Assembly (NCBI RefSeq): GCF_001194135.2
Contig: NC_068998.1
Coordinates: forward strand, 30,514,856 to 30,567,169
Origin: Octopus bimaculoides
Taxonomy: Eukaryota
Direction: 5' to 3'
Length of the DNA stretch: 52,314 nt
The first letter of the stretch is position 1. Each line of letters opens with the position of its first letter. Shown one piece after another: positions 12,101-24,620 of this stretch. The translations under genes were made by a program, and so were the position numbers. The notes beneath the pieces are model-generated. The model was given only the letters and a program-made list of their open reading frames with translations, had not been told where the DNA came from and made no database searches.

Positions 12101-12311
12101 TCCTTCCTCCTTTAACAAAGAAGGCAATGCTTATTTTCTCGCTGTGGTCGCTATAGCGAAAGAAGTTGTATGGGAGACCCGCCTTAAAGGAATCGTGAGA
12201 GGCATCTTCATCTCCAGCCTTGGACTGGTTAATTTCCTCATTTACCACCATAAGAGGAAAACAAGGGTAGAGAGAAAATGCCTGTCACCTGATGTATATG
12301 GAAAAAGATGA
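9200..12311 (+). pseudogene. LINE ORF2 (APE endonuclease, RT, C-terminal Cys/His domain), multiple stops and frameshifts
   Basis: SGYWKHN, NFRPITLLNAELKIL, LDQSKTFDRVDH, HQGCLFS, AYADDITI, CPRCEEDRETILHAIVQC. Confidence 0.92.
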
Positions 12312-12628
12312 AAGGCTGTTGCGAGTTTGTTCAGAATGTATGAACCCGCATAGTGCATCCATAAGGTTATACTAAAGGTTACAGTGGTTTTCGAGGTCGA
12401 AGCAAAACCCGTCCCCCACTTCATTGTATGTGCAATTGTTTATCATCCGCTTTATCTAAATTTTTAACTATTCGCCTTTTTGTTAAATCATTCGTACTAT
12501 CGATCCCTCCCTCATTAGTATTGTCCCCTCTATGTTTGGCCCCCTGTGGGCAATAAAAAAATCAGAAATGTGAGACTTTTGTAAATTTTCTCCAGCAAAA
12601 AAAGATCAGTCTTTAGATTTCCTTAATG

Positions 12629-12679
12629 GATCTTACATTGACGAAGTGACGCAACGTCTTTTGAAACGATCGTCGAGAT
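12629..12679 (+). ncRNA. Probable degenerate minimal hammerhead ribozyme (C3 to U), followed by T-rich PLE-like terminal sequence
   Basis: atctt..TTGACGA-AG tgacg-caa-cgtc ttt-TGAAAC-gatc-GTC-gagat, with palindromic stem III ACGATCGT and a GUC triplet. Confidence 0.55.
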
Positions 12680-13099
12680 GATTTTGAATGCACTCTTTTC
12701 TGGTTACCACTTTGCCCTATATTTTTATATATTTATATTTATATTATTTTAGTTTCATTGCCTTAAATTTTTAGTCACTTTTATTATGCATTAATTTAAT
12801 CCATATATTTTTCTTCATTCGACTTTACTCGTATTACCCTTTTAGGTTTTATCACCTTTTATTCGTATATATGTGTATATTTTATACTATTGGGTTTTAC
12901 CGTTGGATGCCCTTATGTTTTAATATATATTTATTTTCGATTTATGACATGGGAATGTTATAAAGTTGTTTTGACCAATTGGCGCGTTTATTCATACCTT
13001 TCAATTTATATGTACATACATACATACACACACACACATATATAAACTCATTTCACTCACCCCAAGGACATAGGATCAGGTCTGGTCCCAAAATACAAT

Positions 13100-16000
13100 G
13101 CCTCCACCATGGAAAGATGTGGATGGTGCAAGCACTACTCCTAAAAGGAAACAATGTAGTGTATGCACGTCACCTGTTTTACACATGCAAGCAGGAGTAC
13201 GGACAAAGTTTAGATGAATACCTGCAGAACCTCAAAGTTTTGGCAAAAGATTGTGGATACAAAGCTGTTTCAACTACTGAACATCTCAACGAATCTGTAA
13301 GAGATGCTTTCATTCTAGTAGCATACGTCAGCAGTTGTTGGAACAAGACGAACAAGATCTCAACTGGACCTTCATCTAAGCACGAACACTGGAGACGGCA
13401 GAGGTTCAATCTTCAAGTTACTTAAGATCAGTCAGTCCCCCTAATGAACCCTGTGCTGCATGTCCTCCCAGCTGAAACACGACACTGTAGCTGACACCAA
13501 TTTAGTAGCCACCACTCCTAAATGTTTTTTTCTGTGGTTACAAGAAACACCCACATTCCAAGTGCCCAGCCGGGAAGCAACATGTAAAGCCTGCAACAAA
13601 GTTGGTCACTTCCAGTGGGTATGTCAATCGTCTTGCATGAACAAATGTTTTGTTACCATACACAGATCCCACATTGTCTGCCATATTCTCTGCAGTTCTT
13701 CCAGTATCATTGTCTTCTGTCGTTTTTAAAGTGTACATAAATGGAGTGAAACTCAATGCTCTGGTTGATACTGGAAGCTTCGATAGTTATATATCATCTC
13801 ATATTGTACACTCACATGGTTGGCGTATCTAGTCATCAAACACTCCGATTTCGATGGCCTCTACTACCTTGTCAAGTATTACACGAGGTCACTGTTTTAT
13901 CAAATTGGTCTGTTGTGACAATGATTATCCCAATGTGGAGCTTTCACTTTTACCTGAGCTTTACTCAAATGTCTTACTTGGGCACAATATTTTGAAACAG
14001 CATCAAGTAAACATAGCTTTCGGGTGTTCCAGATCTCCGTTTTCACTTTGACGGTGGCTCACATTGACATTCCTACACTATTCAGGTCGCTTTCAGAACA
14101 TTGCAAACCTATTGTTACTAAATCCAGGTGCCTGTCATTACCGGATCAGAAATTTGTCAAAAGTGAAGTCAGCTGCCTTTTGTCAGAACAAATCATTGAA
14201 TCACCTCATTCTCCATAGAGGGCGCAAGTTTTAGTCACCAGTGATGAATCACACAAAAGACAAGTGGTAATCGATTATAGTCAGACAATCAATCAATACA
14301 CACAATTCGACGCTTACCCCGTGCCATGTATTGATGAACTGGTTGAGAAAATATCTCACTACGAGATATTCATTACTTTTAATCTTAAGAGTACTTATCA
14401 TCAGATCCCTATACACGATGAGAAAAACTTTACAGCATTTGTGAGCCTGTATCAATTCTGTCGTATATCATTCAGGGTCACAAATGGTATAGTTTATTTT
14501 CAATGTATCACTGATAACACTGATCAATACATATTTTCTGGCACAAGGTTTAACAATGGCTTTTAGCTAATTTGGGGGTGTTGAATCCAAATCTGGCATC
14601 AGATTTTCTCCCTATCACATCAAATTTTTGAGGTATAAAATCTTTTAGTTTAGCTAGAAACACCTATTTAATACCTATAAAAGAAGAATTAAACATACGT
14701 AGATGCAATTTTTAATAGACAATATGTCTTTTATTCTTTTTAATCTAATAAATCAAAACACAAAGTTGTGGGAATAAATGCACATTAACATGTAAGAATT
14801 AAGATCGGTTATAACAAAATATGAATACAAAATCTAATCATTGTGGTTAGTCATTCAGATCATCTTATTACTGCAAGAACTGTTTTTGATGATCTCTTGT
14901 GCACAGCTTCTGGAATATCTCTCATCAAGCTCCAGCAGTAATCTGCCATCCTGTTTAAGTCCCATCGGCCTTGGTAGCATTCTTCCATTAGTTTTATATC
15001 CTAATGAAAGTGTTTACCTTGTTATTTGCTGACATCACCCAGGTTCTCTGGAAACTCACCCAAGTGACAGTGTGTAAGTAGTGCAATTTAATGCTCATTC
15101 TACACCCAAGCACTTGCAAACTCAAGAGCAGCCACTCCACAATCTCTTGATAGATGTCAGCTTTACTGTCCAAGGAAATTCTGCACCACATTTGAGAAAG
15201 CATTCCAAGCTCTGGCCTCTGCCACACTCATTGTTGTAACAAAATGTAGATCCCTGAGGTGTGTTCTTATTTGAGGTTCATCAGATATCCCTGCCTGAGA
15301 CTTGGAAAGGTTGTACATATATATATATGTGTGTGTGAAGCAGTCTCCACTGTGATCAAAAGCTTTGATGAATTGCTTTATCACACCAAGTTTCAACAGA
15401 GATTTTGCAAACTTTGTGGGAGCCCAGGCATNNNNNNNNNNTGAAGTGTTGCTTTAAAGTAAGATACACTTTCTTGACAAAGTGTTGCACCTTTGAGCCT
15501 GTGGAGTGAAGTTTCTACAGACATAACCAAAGATAATGAGGTCATTACAGCATGTCCTTCTTTTTAAAGTTGTATCCATAACTAGATCACAGTGGTTCAG
15601 TTCACACCTGAAAAGAAGAGGAAGGGCTTTAAAGCAAAACTCAACTTGAACATATTAAAAATTACCATGACAATCCAGCCAAAATTCCTGCAAATAGTGG
15701 TGTAAAGTTAAATTTTGGTATATTCCAGGTAAATAAAGGTATATACTGATGGTACAAAAATGTAATGTGATACAGCAAATCTGAGGTCACTTTCAGAATC
15801 AGCATCCAAAACTAGTGTAAAACTAGTTTTATGCTAGAAAATAAGTTTTATTTTGTTGATCAGTGTAAAACTTTGCCTACATTGAAGTCACAATATGCAG
15901 GTGCAACAGAAGAGAACATGAGAACTGTGAAAAATTCTTACAGGTCGCGAAGACATACAGGCTTACCTTCAATGATAAGAAAACAGTTGTTGCTGCCAGG

Positions 16001-17340
16001 ACTATCACGCTCCTGAGTTACAAAGTGTCCAAAGGAGTAATCAGACCAGATCTAGAAGGACTCCTGTCTCCTCAAAATGCCAAACCACCAGAGAGGATCA
16101 TTGGTGTGTTCTTACCAGAAAGGATCATTGGTGTATTCTCACTGGATCTCCCAGTTTTATGACAAAATCGCACTCTTAATACATAAGACCTTTCCCTTCT
16201 CTAATGTTGTCGAATAGTCATTCCGAAACCTCAAGTCGGAGCTTGAAGGCGCTGCTTTGGTCACCACTGACTATCAAGTGCCTTTGGTTGTAGAGAGAGA
16301 TGCTTCTGATATTGCTATTGCCACAATCTTGACCAGAATATACCTGTGGCCTTCTTCTCCAGAACACTTTGCAATGAACAGAACCATTCCTGTTGTTCAT
16401 TGTCTCTGCTATTTTCAACCTTTGGACTCCCTTCTTTCATCCATTCTGATTGTGGTACTACTTTCAGGTAAGCTGAACTGAGACAATTCGTTCATGATAA
16501 AGGCATAACGACTGGCAGGATGACCCCATACAATCCAGCAGGAAACGGCCAGGTTGAAAGGCCCAATTAAACCTAATGGAAAGCCATTACTTCTGCACTA
16601 AAGTCTAAGGGAGAGAGTCTGAGTCATTGGCAGTGAGTACTACTTGATGCTCTACACTTCCTCCTCTGTATGGCCACTGAAACCATGCCTCATGAGAGGC
16701 TATTCAGTTTTCACTGCTGCTCAACTTCTGGGACCTCACTACCAGAATGGCTAGTGAAAGGTGGACCTGTGCTCCTGAGGAAACAACAGCAGTTCTCAAA
16801 ATATGATCCAGCAGCAGAAACGGTCTAATTACTTGAATACAATCCACAGTACGCCCATGTATGCTAACTGAGCGGCAAGGAGGAGACTGTTTCCTTGAAA
16901 AGGCTGGCTCTGGGGAATGAAGCACAATTTTCTGATACACCAACCAAGTTTGATACCTCATTGTGCAACCAGGAGCCTGTGAATGATTTCGAAGTGGAAA
17001 CACTGGCAGCTGAAACCAGAGGTATTGATCTTGAAGAAGCTAACAACTCAAAACTTGATAATATTGAGCAGTTGAAAGCAGGTCAACAGCATCTACAAGA
17101 CTTGAGAAACCAAAAGGCTGGTGAAAGATGTAAACTATCCAGAATATTGTAATGCCCCATGTTATATTTTGATGCCTAAGAACTTTATGAACTCACCTGG
17201 TAGTACTCAGATTCTTCAGCAGGGGAGAATGTGGTGATAATTACTGATATTATTACTATAACTGTACATGTTATATTCACTACTGTTAATATTACTACAG
17301 CCAGTTGAAAACGAGGCTTAGAAATGATATTTAAACATGG
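13100..17340 (+). mobile_element. Ty3/Gypsy LTR retrotransposon remnant (gag knuckle, protease, RT, RNase H, partial integrase, PPT, start of 3' LTR), interrupted at 14518-15865
   Basis: CKACNKVGHFQWVC; LNALVDTGS; VIDYSQTINQYTQFDAYPVP; ERDASDIAIA; polypurine agcaggggagaa followed by TG at 17231. Confidence 0.88.
14518..15865 (-). mobile_element. Chapaev3-like (CMC) DNA transposon, internally deleted, with TIRs and a TAA target duplication
   Basis: Both ends read CACTGATCAA inward, and TAA flanks both sides (14515-17, 15866-68). Transposase remnants: KLGVIKQFIKAFD, GCRMSIKLHYLH. The family name is from recall of motifs. Confidence 0.7.
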
Positions 17341-17479
17341 CTGCCTGCTGACCAGTGAGGTTCATGACTAAAGCTATTATTGATGGATCCTGTACTCTCA
17401 TTCTTAAAAGAGTAAAGCCTACTTATGGCCAATCTTTTCAGCCTCCTGTATTAACAAAATTGAGAATTGCTACACGACT

Positions 17480-18320
17480 ACAAACTACTCACACACTGTA
17501 TGTTGCACCAGTATTCCTGCTGAACATCAGGGGCCTTGTAATGCCTCATCAACACAAAGCCCAATACCTGAGAGACATAGTGACATGTAATCAAGAAATA
17601 TGTATGGTTCTGATGCAAACACATCTGGACACTGACATATGAGATGCTGAAATACACATACCAAAGTATGTTGTGTTGAAAACTGACAGGAGAGAAAGGA
17701 CTTGTGGTGGAGTTGCAGTGTACTCCATCCACAAGATACTCCAAATCGTGGTGACTCATTCAAATAGAACATCAAAAAGCTGGAAAGTGCTAACCAATGT
17801 TGATATGACAGCCTTCACACAATTCCTTTAGGAGACTTCCATCTCCCTAATATCAAATAGCCTGAGTGCCACCTTCTTTCAGGTATGTCATTGCATGAAC
17901 TGAAGCATGCAGAGTCTCTGTTTGACCTCACAAACATGCTCTTTATGGAGCAAGGAATAAAAATGTCCTGGACCTCTGCTTCACAAATAATTTGGCACTC
18001 ACCCGTAATGTTAAAGTGACACCAATGATTCTCAGACCATAACTTAATAGAACTAAAAGTGTATGGTCCACAGAAAACTGCAAACATGCAGGCTACTAGA
18101 AGTACCCAATTCCTCTTCAGCCTCAACTTTCATAAAGATGATTAGAATGGAACAAAACTGGTCTACCAGTCTCTCTATGCAAGATATTGATACAAAGCTA
18201 CAGCACTGTATGACAATCATGCATGACATATGCAGTAAGTTTTCTCCACAGATAATGCCAAACCAACAGAAAAATATAATTTCAATCTCCTGTTTTGATA
18301 CACATATACATTCCTGGGTG
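17480..18320 (+). mobile_element. CR1/L2/Jockey-group LINE endonuclease remnant
   Basis: LLNIRGL, QTHL, TDRRERTCGGVAVY and FSDHNLIEL, broken by stops. Confidence 0.7.
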
Positions 18321-19835
18321 TCACAAGTTTATAGAAACAGGGTCAGGCCACTTAGAATAAGGAGTATGAAGTCAGAAATCTGAGTGAGTCCAACAAAATA
18401 TATTCTGTTGGTGTCAGTTATGGATACATAATAGAACACATACAAAATTATACACATATATGGGTCACGGAATTTATTGAGGCAGCCAGATGCCCATGTT
18501 AATGTTTGCACTGCTAATATAAATATATACAGACATACACGCATAAATGTATGTGTGCATGCATGTGTACAAACACACAACATACATGGACATATATCCA
18601 TATATGTGTTTTGCTTTCATCTCATTAAATTTACTCCCTTGCTTATGATATGGTAGAGTGTTACCTGTTATGATCATATTTCTGTCATGGTTGTTGTAGC
18701 AGATAATATCACATCTGTAATTGATGGGCAGTTAAATAGCATTATTGTTCTTGAATGCAAATGTTTATTGCACACATACAAATAAGGAATTAGTTTATTT
18801 AATTTTATTCAACGAATATTTTTATTTTAAAAATTAGGAAAAAGTACAATTTTAATTACTGAACCTACTGTACCAGTCCCAAAAATATATTTCCAACTTT
18901 AGTCACCATATTATTGGTAACTTATCCATATATATGCATATACACTTAGTCGTGTGTGTGTGTGTGTGTGTGTGTATGCCACATACACTCACATTGTTAC
19001 ATACTAACAAATATGCACATACATACACATTATATATATAAAGTGATGTATATGTACAAATATAGAATGGTCCTAACTAATATTTTATCTCAGAGAACTG
19101 TACATCTCTTTGAGAAGTTTCTCTGAAACAAAACGTGGTTTGTGACATTATATGTATATACATTATAAATGTATACATTATTTTAATTAAAATACACACA
19201 TACATACATTCATGCATGCATACAAACATACACACATACATATATACTCATACCACATACTTACACACACATGTACATGCACCATGCACATAATTGTTTT
19301 GTATTATTTACTCTCCTGATAAATGGAGCATTTGTTCAGAGAAACTTCAGCTTTATTCAGATGTATAAATTAATATTTATACTGACAATTTTTTTCTATT
19401 TTGAAACTCTAAGTATGTATCACACACACACACGTAAGCATACATATTTAAATGCACATACATGCAGAATCAAAAGTAATTTTATTACATTAATAAAGTA
19501 AAATAAAAATAATCTGATTGACAAGACCACTTTATAGCATTTTCATAGAAGTTTAGTAAATATGCTTGCAAGCATATCGTTATGTGTATTATGTATAGAA
19601 ATAGATTCATGTGTGTGTGCAAAGTTGAATCAAAGAAAGGAATATTTGTTATAAGTGTCTATTGCTCTATCAAACATGATACAAACAGAGCGATATGGAT
19701 GATGATATTAAATGTCATTACTATTGTCATCACTGTTGTTATCATCATCATTGGTGGTGGCGGCAGTGCCACTACTGCCACCACCATCACCATCATCATC
19801 ATCATTAGATCTATGGCAAACTCTTTTGAGTGATG

Positions 19836-19973
19836 CTATTTCTGGTCATCTGCAGCAGTCAAAGACAGTAATGGAGCTCGAATTTCTTTTGAAGTACCAC
19901 AATAAACTGCTGACTTAGATTTGGTCTTGTAATTCATCATATCCGCCACAATGTTTTCTTTGTCATCTACAAT
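19836..19973 (-). CDS. Candidate terminal coding exon of an unidentified host gene (IVDDKENIVADMMNYKTKSKSAVYCGTSKEIRAPLLSLTAADDQK*)
   Basis: Acceptor ttctttcttccag|ATT, 45 codons plus TAG, in non-repetitive sequence, phase 0 matching the exon at 23565. Confidence 0.6.
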   Translation of the reverse strand: MVDDKENIVADMMNYKTKSKSAVYCGTSKEIRAPLLSLTAADDQK

Positions 19974-20146
19974 CTGGAAGAAAGAAGTTCAAACAAATAA
20001 AAGAAGCAAGTGAATAATATTTTGGAATACAATATAGGACATCTTATGGTGCAGAGGGGAAGAGCAATAAGAAAGAGGGAGAGAGGGAAGGGAGGAGTTA
20101 CTGTCACTTATTTCTAATTTCTGAACCCCTTAACCTTAGCATCTAC

Positions 20147-20500
20147 TTAACCCTTTTGTTACTATATAGCTAACTAAAATACACCCCTTATGAGTTTCAA
20201 TAAATTCTAAAGTGATCATGAATTTAGGCTAGCTTCATAAAACAACTCTTTTTTATTAATCAATATATTAATGTGATTTTTGGAATACAATTTAACAAAA
20301 GGTCCTTAACCAAATGTGTTTCATAATTTTTGTCTCAAAATGAATTCAATTACAGGTAAATTCAACATAGTTAGAAAATTATTAAAAATTTTTTTTTAAT
20401 AGAAAAAGAGTTATTATATTCATTGAATATACAGCAAAATTTTAACATAAAAGAATTGTGCAAATTACTGGATTATCTATCAGTTGAACTTAATGCACAT
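20147..20500 (+). mobile_element. piggyBac-type MITE or fragment (TTAA-CCC start); second copy at 46461
   Basis: ttaacccttttgttactatat... shared with 46461-46830. Confidence 0.65.
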
Positions 20501-20503
20501 AAG

Positions 20504-20815
20504 ATACAAGGTGGTATCAAAAGGTTCCCATACTAGTTATGTTTAATAAAAAAAGAATACCTTATTTACTTAAGTTCTAACACCATCTCCTTCAAAATAG
20601 TCACCTTGTGCAACAATACACCGATCCCAGCAATCCTGCCACTTTTGGAATCTGGCCTGGAAATTGTGTTCCGTAAGCAAGTTGAGGATCTTCTGTGATT
20701 CACTCTGGATCTCAACAGTGGTGTTAAAACAGTGACCTTTGAGTTATATTTTCATCTTGGGGAAGAGATGAAAGTCCACAGGTGCTAAATCTGGTGAGAA
20801 GGGCAGGCACAGAAG
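20504..20815 (-). mobile_element. Mariner 3' fragment
   Basis: FSPDLAPVDFHLFPKMK (YSPDLAP-type motif) followed by terminal sequence. Confidence 0.8.
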
Positions 20816-21749
20816 TGATACTGTTATAATGCGGATCCTCATCCACTTGTATATTATTGTCGGCACTGTAATATTCTTGTTGCCACTATTATGTTGTGGT
20901 GGTATTCCGCATCTTATTAACTTTGACTCATCTATCACGCTATCGCAAGATTAGGAAATGAAATATAAGCCGTCAACCAAATGAAATATGCATATATAAA
21001 TACACAGAAACATATAATAATGGTTCACAATCCAAATTAATCAAAACTTGTCACATATCTTACAGGCAATAAAAAATAAAGATGAGGCAAATTTTAAAAC
21101 ATTATTTATAAATCAAATGTAACTACATGTGGTGGCGATTTCTTCTTCACCCTTGGACCTTTCCTTTTCTCCTTTCCAATGAAGAGTTATGCTCAAAACA
21201 TCAAACTCTCTCCTTTCACTGAGTGTCAAGCTAATATATTTCTTGCACACATCCTCACATTTGATTTTTCCCATCTTTTTATTTGAATTTTTAAAATTTT
21301 GAATTGTTTGTTTATTTGAATTGACTTTATACATGTGTGTGTGTGTGCATGTGTGCACGTGCGCACACACACACACACACGCAATATTCCTAAGAATGCT
21401 TGGATTTCGAATTTTTCTTCCAAGCATGTGGGAAACCTCAAACTATCATTTTTTCCCCTTTGTTTATGTTCATTTCCACAACAATCGCTTCAAGGGAAAG
21501 AGTAAAAATGTAATTTAAGGGTTTCATTTTCTTGGAAAGACTTTGGCTTCCTAAAAATGTGTGGGTGTGTGTGCGCGTGTGAGAAAGAGAGAGAGAGAGC
21601 ACACACATCTGTGTATAGATATCTATAGATACATCTATGTATGGAACATTATATATATGTGTGATGTGTGTGTGAAAATAAGTATGTTTGAGGAGAAATT
21701 CTTTATACCAATAGAGGGTCCAGTTATTGACTTGACAGCAATATGATAG

Positions 21750-22450
21750 AAAATGCATTTAGGATATGAAGACAAGAAAAGCTCTAAGTCCATCAGGAAT
21801 TATTGCTGAGATGCTTAAAATATCTGGTGGAGTGGGATATGGCCCAGTAATGTTGATAAGATTGTCAAGGAAGATATTATATCCAATGACTGGTGTAGGA
21901 GTATTATAATCAAAGGTAAGGGAGATGCTCCATAGAGAAGTAATTACAGAGGTATTAAGAAACGGATGGGAAAAGTTCAGAGAGCTATTAACTTTGGTGG
22001 TAACTAAAGGTCCCTCTCTTTCAGAGGAAAGGCAGATTGTATGGAACTTGTGCATGACAGCTTTGCTATATGGTAGTGAAGGATGGACTATCAATGCAGA
22101 GAGCATGTGAAGGTTTGAGAGAAATGAAGCCAACATGCTCTGCTGGCTGCAAAGTGTCAGTGTACATGTACAACAAAGTATAAGTGTTGAAAGAAAAATT
22201 AAGCATAGGAGGCATTAGATATAGTGTACAGGAGAAGAGACTGTGTTGGTATGGTCATGTGATGCATATGGATGAGGACAGTGACATAAAGAAGTACTGA
22301 TCACTAAATGTGAATGCAACCTGTGGAAGAGGAAGACCTAGGAAGATGTGAGACAAAGTGTTGAAACATGACTTTTAGATGTTAAGTCTCACATAGATGA
22401 CAAAGGACTGAGATGATTGACAATCTGCTGCGTTTTAGAAGACAAATCAA
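21750..22450 (+). mobile_element. RTE-clade LINE, heavily deleted
   Basis: Homologous to 43560-43750 and 44600-45050; ALLYGSEGW, LCWYGHV and GRGRPRK motifs. Confidence 0.8.
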
Positions 22451-23004
22451 TCTAATGGAAAAGGAGTACCTCAAGGCATGTTATGTATGTCTATATCACT
22501 GCACATAATCTATACCTGACAAATCTCTCCCCAACAATACATTTTCTTTATACCCTCTACCTCGATCTCATTCTCTTTTTGCATTCTTTTGAAGTTAGTT
22601 GTTCACTCACTTTATTCAAACCTCTCTACTACTTCACTAATATATACTTCCCTGTAACTTGAGGGTGCAGCATGACACACATGTCTCTCTCTCTCTCTCT
22701 CTCTCTACACCTATGATCTCTCTTTTCCCTACTGGTGTAGCCATGTGTCTCCTCCAGTTGCAAGGTACCTGGTGACCTCATACACTCAGTTTGCAGTTTG
22801 ATGTATTCAATGTTGTATGTAGAAATAAAAACAATTAAAAACAAATATGTATTTTGATTATTAAATGATTCTTTTATTTCAATACTGTTTTCTTTCTTTT
22901 ACTTAATTCTTTGTTGAATATATATACCTTTATTCAGGCATAGAACAATGGGTCATTCTGCAATATTTCAAGCAAACTACAGCATGCACACATACACATA
23001 CTCT

Positions 23005-23390
23005 TTTTTACTCTTTTACTTGTTTCAGTCATTTGACTGTGGCCATGCTGGAGCACCGCTTTTAGTCGAGCAAATCGACCTCAGGACTTATTCTTTGGAA
23101 GCCTAGTACTTATTCCATCGGTCTCTTTTGCTGAACTGCTAAGTTATGGAGACGTAAACACACCAGCATTGGTTGTCAAGTGATGTTGGAGGTGACAAAC
23201 ACAGAAACATATACACACACATACATATATATATACATATATATAACGGGCTTCTTTCAGTTTCCGTCTACCAAATCCACTCACAAGGCTTTGGTTGGCC
23301 CGAGGCTATTGCCACGCAGTGGGACTGAACCTGGAACCATGTGGTTGGTAAGCAAGCTACTTACCACACAGCCACTCCTATGCCTAACAT
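23005..23390 (-). mobile_element. tRNA-derived SINE with CORE-like segment (octopus OR/OK-type)
   Basis: Head ggctgtgtggtaagtagcttgcttaccaaccacatggttcc with A/B-box-like motifs; same family as 33615, 37480 and 50170. Confidence 0.8.
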
Positions 23391-23564
23391 ACAAATTTTT
23401 AATCAGATAGTTGACAAATGTTGTAATTTTATGTGTTATATAGCAAAAGTCTTGCATGAAAAGCCAGTACTAATAATAAAAGCTAAATTTGTGAGGAGAT
23501 GATAGAGAAGATGCTAAAAGCTCTAGAGATAGATATTTAGAAAAGAAAAATAGAAGAAACCTAC

Positions 23565-23689
23565 CTGTGATGATGTCTTTACAGAATTCAATGACAATGA
23601 TTTATTATCAACAAGTTTATTGTGTTTCAAATCATCTCTCCTAGGAGGTGTTACTGCTGTTGGAGCTGAAATTACAATAGCATTTAAAT
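23565..23689 (-). CDS. Candidate internal exon of the same host gene (xLNAIVISAPTAVTPPRRDDLKHNKLVDNKSLSLNSVKTSSQ); alternative in-phase acceptor at 23665
   Basis: Acceptor tttttgtaacag|, donor CAG|gtaggt, open frame, ends phase 0. Confidence 0.6.
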
Positions 23690-24128
23690 CTGTTACAAAA
23701 AGCTATTACTGATTCATTAATAGAAATGTTAACATTTCCCTCAAAACCTATTATTTAAAGAGAACTGCTTTGCAACCTACAACTTCTGTGCTCAGATTAC
23801 AAATGTCTAAGTGGTAACGATGAAAAGCTGAGTTTTCAGACAAAGTTGATCAGTTTATGTCAGTGATTCTCAACCAGTGTCCCACAAGATTTTCCTAAGT
23901 GTGCTATGAAATTTTGAATGACACACTAAGAAAATGCAAAAAACCACATGATCCCAATTGAGTATTCAGTCTGTGGTGTAACATGTTGCACCACATAGCT
24001 TTGTTTATTTAGGGATGAGCGAAATGTTTCCAAATGTGTCGCAATGCTAAAAATTTTATTATATCATTTATTATTTTGTTCATCAGCAGTATTGATCATA
24101 TAAAATGAATATTGGTCAATACTTGTCT

Positions 24129-24620
24129 TAAGGTGGGACGCCTCAAAAGAAAAAAAAATTATTATATCATGCATCTTTTTTCACTTATATGGTAGAATCT
24201 ACCTCTAAAACTGAGACAAATGATATATTTCTTTTTCATCAAGTCCAAATTTTTGCTGAAATATGACCAAAAATGGTTGAAAAATAGCATAATCTTCAGA
24301 GTTCTTTTGAGAAAATCCAAATAAGCTATGAAGATGATTTTTACATTTTTTTTAAATCAGAAAACCAGTCCTTGTATGGTAACAAAAGCCTTTTTTTGAT
24401 ATTTTGAAAAACAAAAATTTTATTGTCATTAGTGTGCTGGACAGTACAAAAAATGAAAAATATCACATTTTTTTTTTTTTGATAAAAGTGACTATAACAT
24501 TTTTTCAAAGCAGAATTTTTCAAAAAAGGCTCCTGTCACAATGAAGCTAAGGTCTCCTCAAAATTTCAAGCAAATCTATTGAGTAGATTTTCTGGAAAGA
24601 ACTTTGAAATTTTGAGAAAA
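24129..24620. mobile_element. Possible nested non-autonomous DNA element starting ttaaggtggg
   Basis: TTAA-GG start and MITE-like AT-rich body; the second terminus was not found. Confidence 0.3.

Larger units (their letters stand above)
7604..12589 (+). mobile_element. Near full-length Tx1/L1-clade LINE (5' UTR, ORF1, ORF2, 3' UTR) flanked by ~25-nt direct repeats
   Basis: Complete domain order. agaaatgtgagactttttgtaagttt at 7604 and agaaatgtgagacttttgtaaatttt at 12564. Confidence 0.9.

Noticed and set aside
21113-21270. Minus-strand ORF MGKIKCEDVCKK as a possible extra exon
   Set aside because: No convincing acceptor or donor, and an in-frame stop follows.
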